Shown in pieces: positions 23,692-64,000 of a DNA stretch of 64,000 nucleotides. Made by a program: the position numbers and the translations under genes. The stretch lies in contig NC_043015.1 in NCBI RefSeq assembly GCF_006345805.1, positions 15,810,001 through 15,874,000 on the forward strand, given 5' to 3'. The notes beneath the pieces are model-generated. The model did no database searches, was not told the origin of the DNA, and worked only from the letters and a program-made list of their open reading frames with translations. Numbering within the stretch: the stretch's first letter is position 1; the number at the start of each line of letters is the position of its first letter. This stretch comes from Octopus sinensis (lineage: Eukaryota).

Positions 23692-25596
23692 TATCATCGT
23701 TGTCGTCGTTTAACGTCTGCTTTCCATGCTGGCATAGGTTTGACGGTTTGACGGTTTGACTGAGGGCTGGCAAGCCAGTAGGCTGCACTAGGCTCCAATC
23801 CAGCCTGGCAAAGCTTCTACAGCTGGATGCCTTCCTAATGCCAACCACTCCAAGTGTATATTGGATGCTTTTTACGTGCCACCGACACGAGAGTCAGTCA
23901 GGCGGTACTGGCATCAACTACGCTTGAATGGTGCTCTTTACAGGCTACCGGCACGGGAACCAGTCAAGCGGCACTGGCAATGAATGGTGCTTTTTACGTG
24001 CCACCAGCATGGGAGCCAGTCAGGTGGCACTGACAACGATCACGCTTGAATGGTGCTTTGTACTTGCCACTGGCACGGGTGCCAATCAGGTGGTACTGGC
24101 ATCGGCCATGACAACGACTTCGCCAGCGCAGTTTATTGCCCAATGATTGAAGGGTATACTTAAATGGGCTGGTTATGCTGCACTGGCATAGGCCATGGTT
24201 ACGGTTTCACTTGGCTTGCCAGGTCTTCTCAAGCATAGCATATTTCCAAAGGTCTTGGTCACTTGTCATCGCCTAGGTGAGACCCAACGTGTTCCTGGGT
24301 CTACCTCTTCCACAAGTTCCCTCCACTGCTAAGGTATAACACTTTTTCACACAGCTGTCCTCATCCATACACAACACATGACCATACCAGCGTCAGTCAT
24401 CTCTCTTGCACACCACATCTGATGCTTCTTCTGTCCAACTTTTCTCTCGGAGCACTTACACTCTGTCGTTTATGCACACTGACATTACACATCCAGCGAA
24501 GCATGCTAGCTTCATTCCTTGCAAGTTTACGCATGTCCTCAGCAGTCACGACCCATGTTTCACTGCCATGTAGCATGACTGTTCATACACATGCGTCATA
24601 CAGTCTACCTTATCCTCTGTGCGAGAAGCCCTTTGTTACCAGCAGAAGTAGGAGCTCTCTGAACTTTGCCCAGGCTATTCTTATTCTAGCAGCTTCACTC
24701 TCAGAGCATCCACCACCACTACTGACTTGGTCACATCAACTACTTTTAGTTTTCCCCCTGGAATGTGATGGAAACTGTTTTCTGCATATTTTCGGTATTT
24801 ATTGCCCCTGAGCATTTTCCACACACAAAAACTATCTTCCCAGTTAGCTTTCCTTAGATATTTCTGCACCTCTTATGTCTCCATAGGTTACAGCAGGTAC
24901 ATCTTATGGAGTTTCTACCAACGCCTTTTCTACAGATCAAGCAGGGCCATCTACCCGAAGGGATTTGTGGTTTGTCTGCCCTCCTATTTATTAAGACTGG
25001 TTTTTGCTAAATTGACTCTATGGCCCTTTGATTCTAGACCTTGCTTCCACACCTGAAGCTTCATCTCTAGTTCAGATATGGACTCAGCTATTAGAGCAAG
25101 GTCATCAGCACAGAGAAGCTCCCAGGGGCATCCTGTCTTGAATTCCTCTGTTATTGCCTGGAGGACTATGATGAATAAGAGGGGGCTGAGGACTGATACT
25201 TGGTGGACCCCTACCCCTACCCGGAATTCTTCACTGTACTCGTTGCCAACCCTCACCTTACTAACAGCATCCCTGTACATGGCTTGTATAGCTCTCACTA
25301 ACCACTCATCTATCCCTAGTTTCCACATTGACCACCAGATAAGGGATCGGGGACCCTGTCAAAAACTTTTTTCATATCAATGAAAGCCAAGTAAAGAGGT
25401 TTATTTTGACTAGGTATCTCTCCTGCAGCTGTCTTACCAGAAATATAGCATCAGTGATGCTTTTCCCTGACACAAACCCAAACTGCATCTCATCTAGACT
25501 GACTCTCTCCCTAATTAGTTGGGCTATGACCCTCTCCGTGACTTTTATTTCCTGATCCAACAACTTGATACCTCTGCAATTATTCGTATCTAATGG
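23692..25596 (-). mobile_element. Degraded RTE LINE (same family as 48370-49935) with repeat-bearing 3' UTR
   Basis: Fragments NCRGIKLL, QFGFVSGKSITDAIFLVRQLQE, GVGVHQVSVLSPLLF, ELLCADDL and QVWKQGLESKG. The UTR has TGGTGCTTTTTACGTGCC repeats and ends in GACGTTAAACG. Confidence 0.9.
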
Positions 25597-25620
25597 AGTT
25601 GACTAAGGTGCTGCTACATG

Positions 25621-25651
<31 letters not shown>

Positions 25652-25660
25652 CTATATATA

Positions 25661-25859
25661 TATTTTAAAAATATAAGTTTATGAAAGAATGGAGTTGAAC
25701 GACTTGTTAACAAATTTCCTTTATTTTCGACATATGTTTCGAAGGCTGCATATTCCTAACTCCGAAGGAATAAGGAGTACATTATGCAGATTTCTCATCA
25801 GGAAATTTGTTGACAAGTCGTTCAACTCCATTCTTTCATAAACTTATATTTTTAAAATA
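25661..25859. repeat. 60-bp inverted repeat (59/60 identical) with a 79-bp spacer
   Basis: Arms at 25661-25720 and 25800-25859 differ at a single position (TTAAC vs TCAAC). Confidence 0.97.
25725..25805 (-). ncRNA. Minimal type I hammerhead ribozyme (predicted)
   Basis: Minus strand reads TTTC-CTGATGA-G..CTGCATA/TATGCAG..C-GAAA-CATATG-TC-GAAA. Core is intact, stem I is TTTC/GAAA, stem III is the palindrome ACATATGT, and the GUC cleavage site falls at 25729/25728. Confidence 0.85.
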
Positions 25860-26000
25860 AACATACAAATTTCCGCACGAAAGCACGTAGTCTATGCCCT
25901 AGGGACGTAACTTCAACCGTGTTCTTTCTGATGTGAATTTGCTACCCAGGTATCGGTTATCTTTCGAATTATCCTTAATAAGATAATTCATTCAACTACT

Positions 26001-26038
<38 letters not shown>

Positions 26039-26043
<5 letters not shown>

Positions 26044-27232
26044 TTGTCACACATGAAATGTTGCATTTTTGATTATTTATTATTTCAGTCATTTAAAAAC
26101 TCGATTATGTATACCCTTGCATTTAATCGTTTCAAACAATATTGGTATACAAAATTCATACCCCAGACCTTATAAAAATGCTAACAACCAAACAATGCGG
26201 ACTGATTTTCTTGTAGGAATACAAACTAGGTCACTTTGCCGCAGAAGCTCTACAGAATATCAAACGCGCCTTTGGTAATGGTTTTGTTGACATCAGAACT
26301 GTTCAGAGATGGTTCTAAAGATCTCATTTAGGAGATGATAGCCTCAAAAATGAACCAAGGGGGGAGCCAAAATCAGTTACTTGGCATGAACAAAATCCAA
26401 GGACAATGGTTCGAAAACTTTCATCAGAACTCCAAACATATTGCACAAATGCTTCTCAACACTTGAAAATATTGGAAAAGTCAAGAAAATGGGTAGGTTT
26501 GTTCCACATAAACTAAACAAGATTAAAAAAACAGGCACCTGTCTCAAAGTGTGCTTCTTATTGCTTTCTTGACTGGAAAAATAACCATTTTTGCATCGAA
26601 TCATTACATGTGATGAGTAATGGATACTCTTTGACAACAGCAGGAGAACAGGACAGTTATCACCCCAAACCACCACTGCACCCTAAAAAGTTAGTGGTAA
26701 TTGTATGGTGGTCTGCGAAGGGGGTTATTCATTATTTATTTTTGCAACAAAGAAAAACAGTAACAGCAACATCGTATTGCCAGGAAACTGATTGTATGCA
26801 TTAGAATTTGAAAAAGAAGCAACCCAGACAAGTGAATAAAGATGACCCAATTTTGCTCCACAACAATGCACGTCCTCACACTTCACAAGATATGGTCCAA
26901 AAGTTGCAAAGCCTGAATTATGAGATTTTACAACATCCTCCCCATTCCCCTGATATCTCTCCTACTAATTATCACTTATTTAAGCATTTTGAGCTTTTCA
27001 TATCCACTTAAACATTCTTAAATAGAGAAGAGGTAATTGAAACATTTGGATAGTTTATCACAGCAAAAGATGAAATTTGTTTTAAAGATGAAATACATGA
27101 CTTAGAGAAATGTTGGGTAAAGGTCATAAATGAACATGGATCATACCTTGATTAAATAAATCAGTTCTCTAACATTTCTGAAACATTTTATTGTTACTTT
27201 TCAAATACGACATTTCATGTGTGACAGCCTAA
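26039..27232 (+). mobile_element. Full-length degraded mariner element
   Basis: About 31-bp TIRs (TTAGATTGTCACACATGAAATG / CATTTCATGTGTGACAGCCTAA) with TA flanks. Relic peptides RIITCDE, HPKKLVVIVWWSAKG, LLHNNARPH and HPPHSPDISPTNYHLF. Confidence 0.92.
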
Positions 27233-29937
27233 TATATATATATATATATATAGACATACATACATGTGTGTGTGTGTGAGTTTATGTCTGTCCCCCACCA
27301 CCACTTGACAACTGGGGTTGGTGTGTTTACATCCCTATAACTTACCAGTTCAGTCAGAGATACTGATAGAATAAGTACCAGGCTTAAAAAATTTTTTTAA
27401 AGTACTGGGTTGATTCATTCCAAGACTTCTGAAGATATGTTCTTAGTATCAACAAAATTTATTATTTTGAAGCTGGAGGCATAGTTGTATCTAGATGTGT
27501 GATTAAAATGTTCACTTCTCAACTAGGATTCAGTCACTGTGTGAAGTCTTCTACAACAGCCTTGGACAGACTAATGCCTTGTGAGTGGATTTGGTAGATG
27601 GAAACTGAAAGAGCCATTCTGTTGACAAATATCTAAGTGCATGTATTTTCTGACTTACAGATTCTTAGACAACTATGTATGTGTGCACATGCATATGTCT
27701 ATGAATATGCATATGTTTCCACATGTGTGTTTGTTTACATTTCAACTTGTCTGCAAACTGCTTAGTTGTAGTCAGTGATGTTGCTATTATTTCTTCTGTC
27801 AACAAGTCATCCACTTGCTCTGTTACTTTGAAGACATGAAATAAGAGATCCCCTTACTTGGAAAATAGCTAAGTTTAGTGACAGTAACAGCATCCAGCTG
27901 TAAGACAATACCTCAATGATATTTTCATCTAACCCATGCTAGCATGGAAGAAATGCACTAAAAGAATGAAATGGCTAAACAAAGTGTACACACCTGCGAT
28001 TCTTCTCTTATGAATATTAAAGTATTCTATAATCTTGGACCACCACCAAAAACTGTTGATGCCCATCCCTGCTTAGGCTGCTGATTGTATGGGAGAATCA
28101 AAAGTACGAGGAAGAGGTGGAAGAAGTTTACAACTATTGAAAACTTCCTCCAATAAATATCAACATAATAATAATTATATTTAGTTTGACTATATCAACA
28201 GCCATTTTCTCACCAAATTTAAAGCTTATATTTCTTTATAGATGACATCTTAAGACATTTGCAGGATTTAAATTTTTGGTGAGTAACTACAGTCAGTTGT
28301 ACATAATTGAATACTAAGAGGAAATGCATAAATCAAAGCCTGAGGTTGTTTTTATCTTAAATCAAAAAGAGGAGTTGGAACAGCTGTATAACATGGAAAG
28401 TTGTATAAACGCATAAAAGGGGAAGAGATTTCATGGGGTAGTTACCATGTATATGAAGAGCTACATGAAATCGTTGGTGTTAGTGACTGCATTTAAATTA
28501 AACCCACTCAAGAGGTGAAACCTTTGAAATGTTGCAATAACTTTCATGCTCTTACAGTAATTAATTGGAAGAAGAAACAAAATATGCATTAATTATCAGA
28601 ATAATTAAAAGTCCTAATCAAAGATACAACAGCATCAGTAATGACAGGTTGAGTAATGTAAGAATACAAAAATCATGTGCCACTATAGAATAAATTTACA
28701 GATACAAAACCAAAATAAAAGCCCACAGAGGAGCTTAAGATGGCAAAAACTAAACTGATCAAGTTTTATTAAAAGATACACATTATGAGATTAATAGTCT
28801 AAAACCATTTTCCATCAGTACTTATGTAGTATAAAATGAATATTTGTTCATAATATTACACATGAGCACAAATTTTAGTCAGAAAATGTTTAGTGCTTAG
28901 CAAAGAACCCCTGATATATGCAAAACATTTTTTTTTTCTTTTGCATAAGTAATTATTTCTTGATAACTCTCTCCCAAATATAATACAATAACAATTTGTT
29001 AGTATATGGAACCAGAGTGATAAATATGTCTGACTTTTTCTTTTTTTTTTAATAGAACCTATAGTTAACAGCAGGGGAAATACAGCTGATATTAAAAGGT
29101 TAACAAAATACAGAGTACTAATCAGAAGTTTCTTAGATGACTATTCATTCAAGTTACAACAAACACTATGGTAAAGTTGTTCTTATATTAACTGATTTCT
29201 AGCAAATGCTTTTCAACTATTTGCCTCAAATGCCATGCACTCTCAGCAACTTTACAATTAAAATTTTATCCAACTCCCATTAACTGTATTTTATGTTGTT
29301 GTCTTGTGGAGGGGGGGGGCATGGAATTACACATCTAAGAAATAATGATCTTGGCTGTATTCAATGCCAGCAAACCTCTGATCCCTTTTTCATAAAGCAT
29401 ATTTCAAGATACTAATATTTTTTCCACTCCATATCATACTGACTTGAACTAATTTGTAAGAAACAAGAACAAGAAAAAAACAAGGCCTTAAACTGTAATT
29501 CAAGCTATGCAAAATAAAACTAATACAATAAATGTTTAGTCTAAAATCATCCAAATTTACAAGAAGTTACAAAGAGTTAGGGAAGAAGCTCCAGAGGTGA
29601 ATGGTCTTGGAGAAGAAAGAGTAATCAAGGTATTTAATATGAAAATTAGAGTGAGGTAGGTAGGTTTCATAGAGAAACAAAAATAGATTTATCAAGTGGT
29701 ATTTGGTGGGAATTATTTGGATAAATATAGAGGATACTCATAGTCATAGTCTTAGTAAAGATAAATAAGACTGCTATAGATTGTTCATAAATGAAAGTTA
29801 GCCAATCATATAAAGGATCATTCTAAAATATGTTTTGTATGTGAGCAGGGAGTGCATTTTTTTACTCAAGGAAGTAATATTTCATACCTTTTTTTTTACG
29901 CATGGAATTTTTTGTTTTAACCTTCTTTTATCAAGTT

Positions 29938-30142
29938 GGTGAGCTGGCAGTGCCATTAGCATGCTGAGCAAAATGCATAATAGTATTCCATCCATTTTTA
30001 TGCTCTGAGTTCAAATTCCACCAAGGCTGGCTTTGCTTTTCATCCTTTCGGGGCCAATAAAATAAGTACCAGTTCAACACTAGGGTCAATGTAATCGACT
30101 TACCATCCCTTGAAATTGCAGCCTTGTGCCAAAATTTAAAAC
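29938..30142 (+). mobile_element. tRNA-derived SINE family C (further partial copies at about 42415-42680)
   Basis: GGTGAGCTGGCAG head, GAGTTCAAATTCC B box, TTTCATCCTTTCGGGG..ATAAAATAAGTACCAG body and CCTTGTGCCAAAATTT tail. Confidence 0.75.
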
Positions 30143-31957
30143 TAATACTTTCTGTCATAAGGCAGATTTTAAATTTTTTATGCATTGGCAGAAATATTAT
30201 CAGTTTTCTTTTAGGTCCTTCTATTGTGGGCATTTTTTAGATTTGGCCACAGTATATATCCAATGAATAGCTGCATCTTAAGTTACTTGACATAATTATG
30301 GCATGTAGGTTATGAGTGGCTATATCAGTATTCATAACATTAGGCCAGATACTGAATATGATATACTGACTTATGCAAGGATAAAAAGTAATATAATCTT
30401 TACTGAATTGAAGGATTCAGAGTAAATTTCTGTAAGCTATGCAATATAAATGGTCCAAGAAAACATCACTGCAAACGACACTACACTCTGCAACATTTTA
30501 TAGGGTTTTAGCATGTCTAATAAAAAAAGGATGAAACTCATAGTTTATGGTTAAACTTTAATTTCCTATTGAAGTATTTTCGTTTCCCATAAGTTTCTAA
30601 TGAAATTCTGTCACAAACTTCTATTTCCTCTGCCAGGAAATTGTAAGCCTTAGGTTAACAAACGTAATAGTATTCAATACCTTGGATAAGGATATGAGCT
30701 GGAAAAATTATATGACGAGTTATTACTCTTAAAATTTATTTTAAGGTGTAAGAGAATTTACATGAGCTTTCACTGGATGGTTTTACATATTATTATTTGT
30801 TTTATATTATTATTATTATTATTATTATTACTATTATTTTATCTCCCCTACTTAAATTTCTGAGATAAGTTTGTAACTTTTCTTTAGATATAGTCATAGA
30901 TAATAGCTTCCTAGTCAAAAGTTATATTGCTATTGAGTATGAGGTAGGATATCAGTGTTAACAACAGGATGGGAGAAAGAAGTTTTTATTTGTTTTTCAA
31001 CGCATGCCTTCCAATGGATGGGTTTTATTACCAAAGCTAGGAGAAACTTTGGAGTCCTAATTTTATTAATAAAATGTCAAACCTACTTAGGAGAATGCTC
31101 AGCTGTTTAGTAGCCGATAATTGTTTATAAATGTAATCCTTGGTTAGAAATGAGATATGTGAAAAATAGGCAGACAGGAAGGAAAACAGGAAAATAAGAT
31201 GAGGATGTGGGTGAAGAGAAAATTTAGTTTGCATACAAACATATGTAACAGATTATCAGGGAGTACTGATAATCTGGCTAATTGAGAATGGGATGTAATC
31301 AGAGATTTGCAGAATATTTTAGAAAGATCTCTGGTTATGACAAAATAATTTATAACATTTTCTTTATATTTTTATAGTTAGGGACTTTATAGTTTTAGCT
31401 TGACTTGAGAAGCAAATATGGAATTAATTTTGTTGTTTCTCAAGCCTTCCTTTCAAGAATCTAAATTTTATGAGTCTGCTCAATCAAGGCTGTCTAAACT
31501 GATATTAACCAAAGTTTTTAGCCTACTAATATCACTGGTACATACAGATTAAATGACAAAACAGTAGAATTAACTGAAATAGTTAAAAGATATTTAAGAA
31601 TTTAATTTTCATATAGTAAACTTTAAATATGTTATAACCAGTGTCTATTTCTTAAGATACTGTAGTTTTTAACATAATTTAACAGATAAAAGAAAAGTAA
31701 ATTTTTGCCATAACATGTTTCATAGACTCCTTTAACAAAAAAAAGTGCATACTAGTTGAGAAATATATTCTCATGGATTAATACCAATGACTCCCATGAA
31801 GACGCCATATTAATAACAAAGAAACTACCACTTCACAGTTTTTATTAATCTTTTATTTTAATTCATAAACATTCTTGTTGTGCCTCTGCAACTTCCTCAA
31901 ATGAGCTCTTCATATTCAATATATAGTGTGTTGCTGAGCAGCACCATGCATTTTAGA

Positions 31958-31994
<37 letters not shown>

Positions 31995-34062
31995 CGTGTG
32001 TGTGTGTGTGCACGCGCACTGTTTTTCATGTTGAATTTTGGGTAAAGTACTTTCTTTTCAGCTTAGTCTCAAGATATGTTTTATATATAAAAGCTGGAGA
32101 CACCCTGAAGCTGAGATTAAATACTTCTCAAAACAAAAACTATTTTATATAAATAAAAGTAATTTGATGGCAGTGAATTGTCATAATACTATTGTTTTGA
32201 AAACCAACAAAGCACTATTTTACTCATATCTATAACAGTGATGTCATCTCTTTCATTAATTCCTAGTTCTTATATAAATTCTAGTTTATCCAAGAGAACT
32301 CATCTAACTTGTTACTTTACAAAGTTTTCCATGACTAACCAAACTAATAGTAAGGATCTGAAGAAACCTGCCTAAACATTAAAATGATGTTACACTTAAA
32401 TGCTCTTCTTACAGCAGTTTAGGACAATACTCTGATAATCCACCAAACTACAGAATGAAGGATGCTGTTAAAACTCTTCTCCAGTTCAAAAATTCAAGAC
32501 AAAATGATTATGCTTTTCTCCTAACATGATACACCTAATTTCTTGCTTTCTCCCTGTTATCTACTTTCTTCCATTCTTCTCACAATCTGTCAAGAGAGCT
32601 TCTAACAATTCAACAAATGCAAAACAATCTTTGTTTTATAAATATATATTTTCATAACTGCAAATCGATCAAATGATAATTGTGTCATTTTGGCAAAACT
32701 GAATAAAAGAATTCTGTGTCTTGTTCAAGAGTATAACAATCTGTGCTGTCATTTCAGCTCCTGATTATGTAATTATTAGGTTTTCAAATTAATTTCATAA
32801 TCCTTGTATATCTATAATATTATCATAATTGTTAGATAAGTAACCAAATAATCAATGAGATATAATGAAACAACATAAATTGAGAGAAAAGGATCAGAAA
32901 ACAGTTAAATTAAGAAAATGTTTTTATATCATTTATTTGGAAACAAACATGACCATCCAGTTAAAAAAATACAAGAACAAAAAAAACTGAAAAACCTACA
33001 GTATATTAATGTTTTATTAAAAGTATCAGAGGGTGAATGTAAACTATTGCCTTTATTTTACCAATTAAATATAACTAGACTTTGTTCAGATGCTTTAATA
33101 AAAACAAAAACAAACTAAAAAAATAAAACATGAATAACAATATACTTTTAAAACCTTGTATCTTTGTAAATCATATAAGCATTTCAAGAAAGAAATTCCC
33201 TCATATTATCACGTGCTTTAGGTTGAAGAATATTGCATGTATTTTCAAAAGAGAAAGTATGTTAACATAAATGCCTAAGAAGTAAATATATTTTCATTTT
33301 TCCCCACATATGCTGAGACATTAAAATATTTTTCTTTGTAAAAACTTGAGAGTTCTGGCAGTGATTTCAAACTTTGATAAAGACAGCAGATATATATTAT
33401 TATACATGTGTGAGATGTTCGAAAACCCCATTACAATTAAATAGGAAAGCAGGCCATCACATCAATATTAATACACACATATTGACATATTTAAACCTAC
33501 CATACACACACACATTCACACATTTGTGTGTGTGTGTTTGTGTGTGTGTGTATGTGTGTGTGTGTGCATGTAGAAAGAGAGATAGAAACATATGAGTGTA
33601 TATGTGAGAAAATGCACACATATGCATTTATTTGTGTTTGTGTGTATGACTGTTTGTATCAGGGAGTAAATAAGAAAAAAAGTCATATAGTACTTTTAGA
33701 CTTTAGCTTTATAAAAGAAAAAATATAACAATAGTGAAAAGAGGATTCCTTCAGTTTTTAGTTTCCAAAAGATGTTGACACAGTATTAGCACCATTTGAA
33801 GAACTGAATAAACATCAGTAGATCAGCTTCTAATATATTACAAAAACGAATATTAATTAACTGAAGATGCAACCACAATTCAATATTGTTGTCATCAGCA
33901 AGAAAAATAATATTGATCTTAGTAGCTTAGCAATGTTGCATTGACTTAGTATACATTCTCCCCTCAATTTGAATGTTGTTCATTTGTTACTTGAATTAGT
34001 GTGATTTTTTTTTATTATCATAGTCTTAGGCTGTAATTCAGTGATAGAACAGTAACACTAGG

Positions 34063-62260
<28,198 letters not shown>

Positions 62261-62314
62261 CTGAAAATAAATATATGTATATGTATAATAAAATAATAAA
62301 CATATGTATGTGTG

Positions 62315-62376
<62 letters not shown>

Positions 62377-62718
62377 GGGGAGTGTGTGTGTTTATATATG
62401 GTGTACTGAAAAGTTCCTTTCTTTGGGGAAAAGGAAATACAGGAGGATTAGTTAATGAGTTTATTAAACATATCCCCCTCTCAGATCACACACTCCAATG
62501 GAGTAGCTCTTCAGGTTTTCTAAGCCCTGTAAAAGAACTCAGAAGTTTGGGACCCCAACCAGGCCTTTCGTGATACAGTTAAAGCAAGGAACTTTTCAGT
62601 ATCCCATCATATATATATATATATAAGGATAAGATCATCAATTTAAAATAAAATAACGATTTTATCAAGTGGTCAGCATGGAAAAACTAACCTTCAAAGG
62701 TAATAATTATTAAAATTA

Positions 62719-62843
62719 TAAATTAGAGTATCTATGAGATACCACTATGCTGAAAATACCAGCCATGATCTGACTCTAAAACCACCTTAATTGTCTATAT
62801 AACAATTGGTGGTATGGTGGTATCTCGTAGATACCCTAATTTA
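62719..62843. repeat. 30-bp inverted repeat (3 mismatches) enclosing a degenerate hammerhead-like fold
   Basis: Arms at 62719-62748 and 62814-62843. The spacer contains CTGAAAA, CAG/CTG, TAAAA and an ACCACC/GGTGGT stem followed by A. Confidence 0.8.
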
Positions 62844-62848
62844 CAATT

Positions 62849-62924
<76 letters not shown>

Positions 62925-63217
62925 AATTGTATGTGTAAATAGATATATGACTGCTACTCTTATGTTTAGAGCCACATGTAGATTATAATAATCCAGTCTG
63001 CCTTCTGGATAGTTATTAAGTAACTTCTATAGTGCATATCATAACGAGTCATGAACTACAGAGCAAATGTGGAAGAAATAAGGACAAACACAAGTCTGCA
63101 TTATAGTTCCTACATGAAGTTCATCAGTTCCAAACAACTGTAATGCTGAATGTGTATAGGAACTATAGTATAAACTTGAGTTTATCCTTGTTCCTCATAT
63201 ATATATATATATATATG

Positions 63218-63249
<32 letters not shown>

Positions 63250-63283
63250 TGTATGTATGTATGTATGTATGTATGTCTGCATG

Positions 63284-63328
<45 letters not shown>

Positions 63329-63894
63329 CTCCTTATTAAGTTTTATTTCAAGATTTCTTACCGATACAGAAAGAGATGGTTTCTAACCTAGATCCAAGGT
63401 TCTGCCATTGGAATTTCAACAACATCAACAGGATATTTTTCCATGTATGTGTGTATATGTGCAGTATTTGGAGTCAGTGGATGTGCAGATTTGTATGTTT
63501 TCTTTTATGTATATATTCTTATGCATATAGTTGCTTGTCTAGAGACATGCTTATATATACAAATGATAAACTTCTAGAAAATTTTTACCGATTTTTATAG
63601 ATCTAGTGATGGCTTGTATCAGTAGTCTTTGAATCAGCTTTCTGATTTTGAGAAGCCTAATTTCTTAAGATTGGTACTTAGGTAGTGAGTTAGCTATTCC
63701 AGTGCCCCAACATTTACAGGTATAGATTTGAACTTATAATCTGGTTAGAGTAACTGTAGATTTCTCAATAGTTCATTGTATGTATTTTCTTTTGAGCTGA
63801 TCTTTAGCTTTATATTTACACCAGCTGGGCAGTAAGTATGTATGATGCATGCATGCAATTATCAAGTTGTATTAATCACTTAAGATGAATGGAA

Positions 63895-64000
63895 CTTGAA
63901 GAAGAGGATAACCAGGAAGGCATGGAATGGGTAAAAACTAATCTCAGGACCTTGAATTACATGGAGATGGCAAAGGACCATGACATCTGGAGAAATATGA
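63895..64000 (+). mobile_element. RTE LINE 3' coding remnant running off the window
   Basis: Degenerate GRPRKTW...DLRTL...D..IWR sequence similar to 49150-49260. Confidence 0.55.

Noticed and set aside
63370-63450. Possible further collagen exon upstream of 62260
   Set aside because: No Gly-X-Y periodicity on the minus strand between 62261 and 64000.

Overview
AT-rich, microsatellite- and transposon-dense animal genomic DNA. The repeat complement looks like an octopod cephalopod (inference from memory of such repeats, not a database hit). The only well-supported host gene is the 3' part of a type IV collagen alpha chain on the minus strand: 16 exons from 62260 down to the stop at 34063, all GT-AG and phase-compatible, about 780 aa of interrupted Gly-X-Y plus a complete 12-Cys NC1 domain. 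The rest is mostly mobile DNA: an RT-less Mag-like Ty3/Gypsy LTR element with TSD, PBS and PPT (13740-16728); a pogo DD35D transposon with TIRs (16991-18782); mariner, Tigger, hAT and CR1/L2 relics; several RTE LINEs; tRNA-derived SINEs; MITEs; and Penelope-like (PLE) relics. The most notable signal is a set of hammerhead-ribozyme (HHR) motifs read by eye. Two have an intact catalytic core (25725-25805 minus; 60697-60801 plus). Two more are degenerate or half copies. Three of these four sit in short 'tail - arm - ribozyme - inverted arm' cassettes beside (TA)n tracts. Most ORF-track entries are microsatellite artefacts. Coordinates were counted by hand and relic boundaries are approximate.
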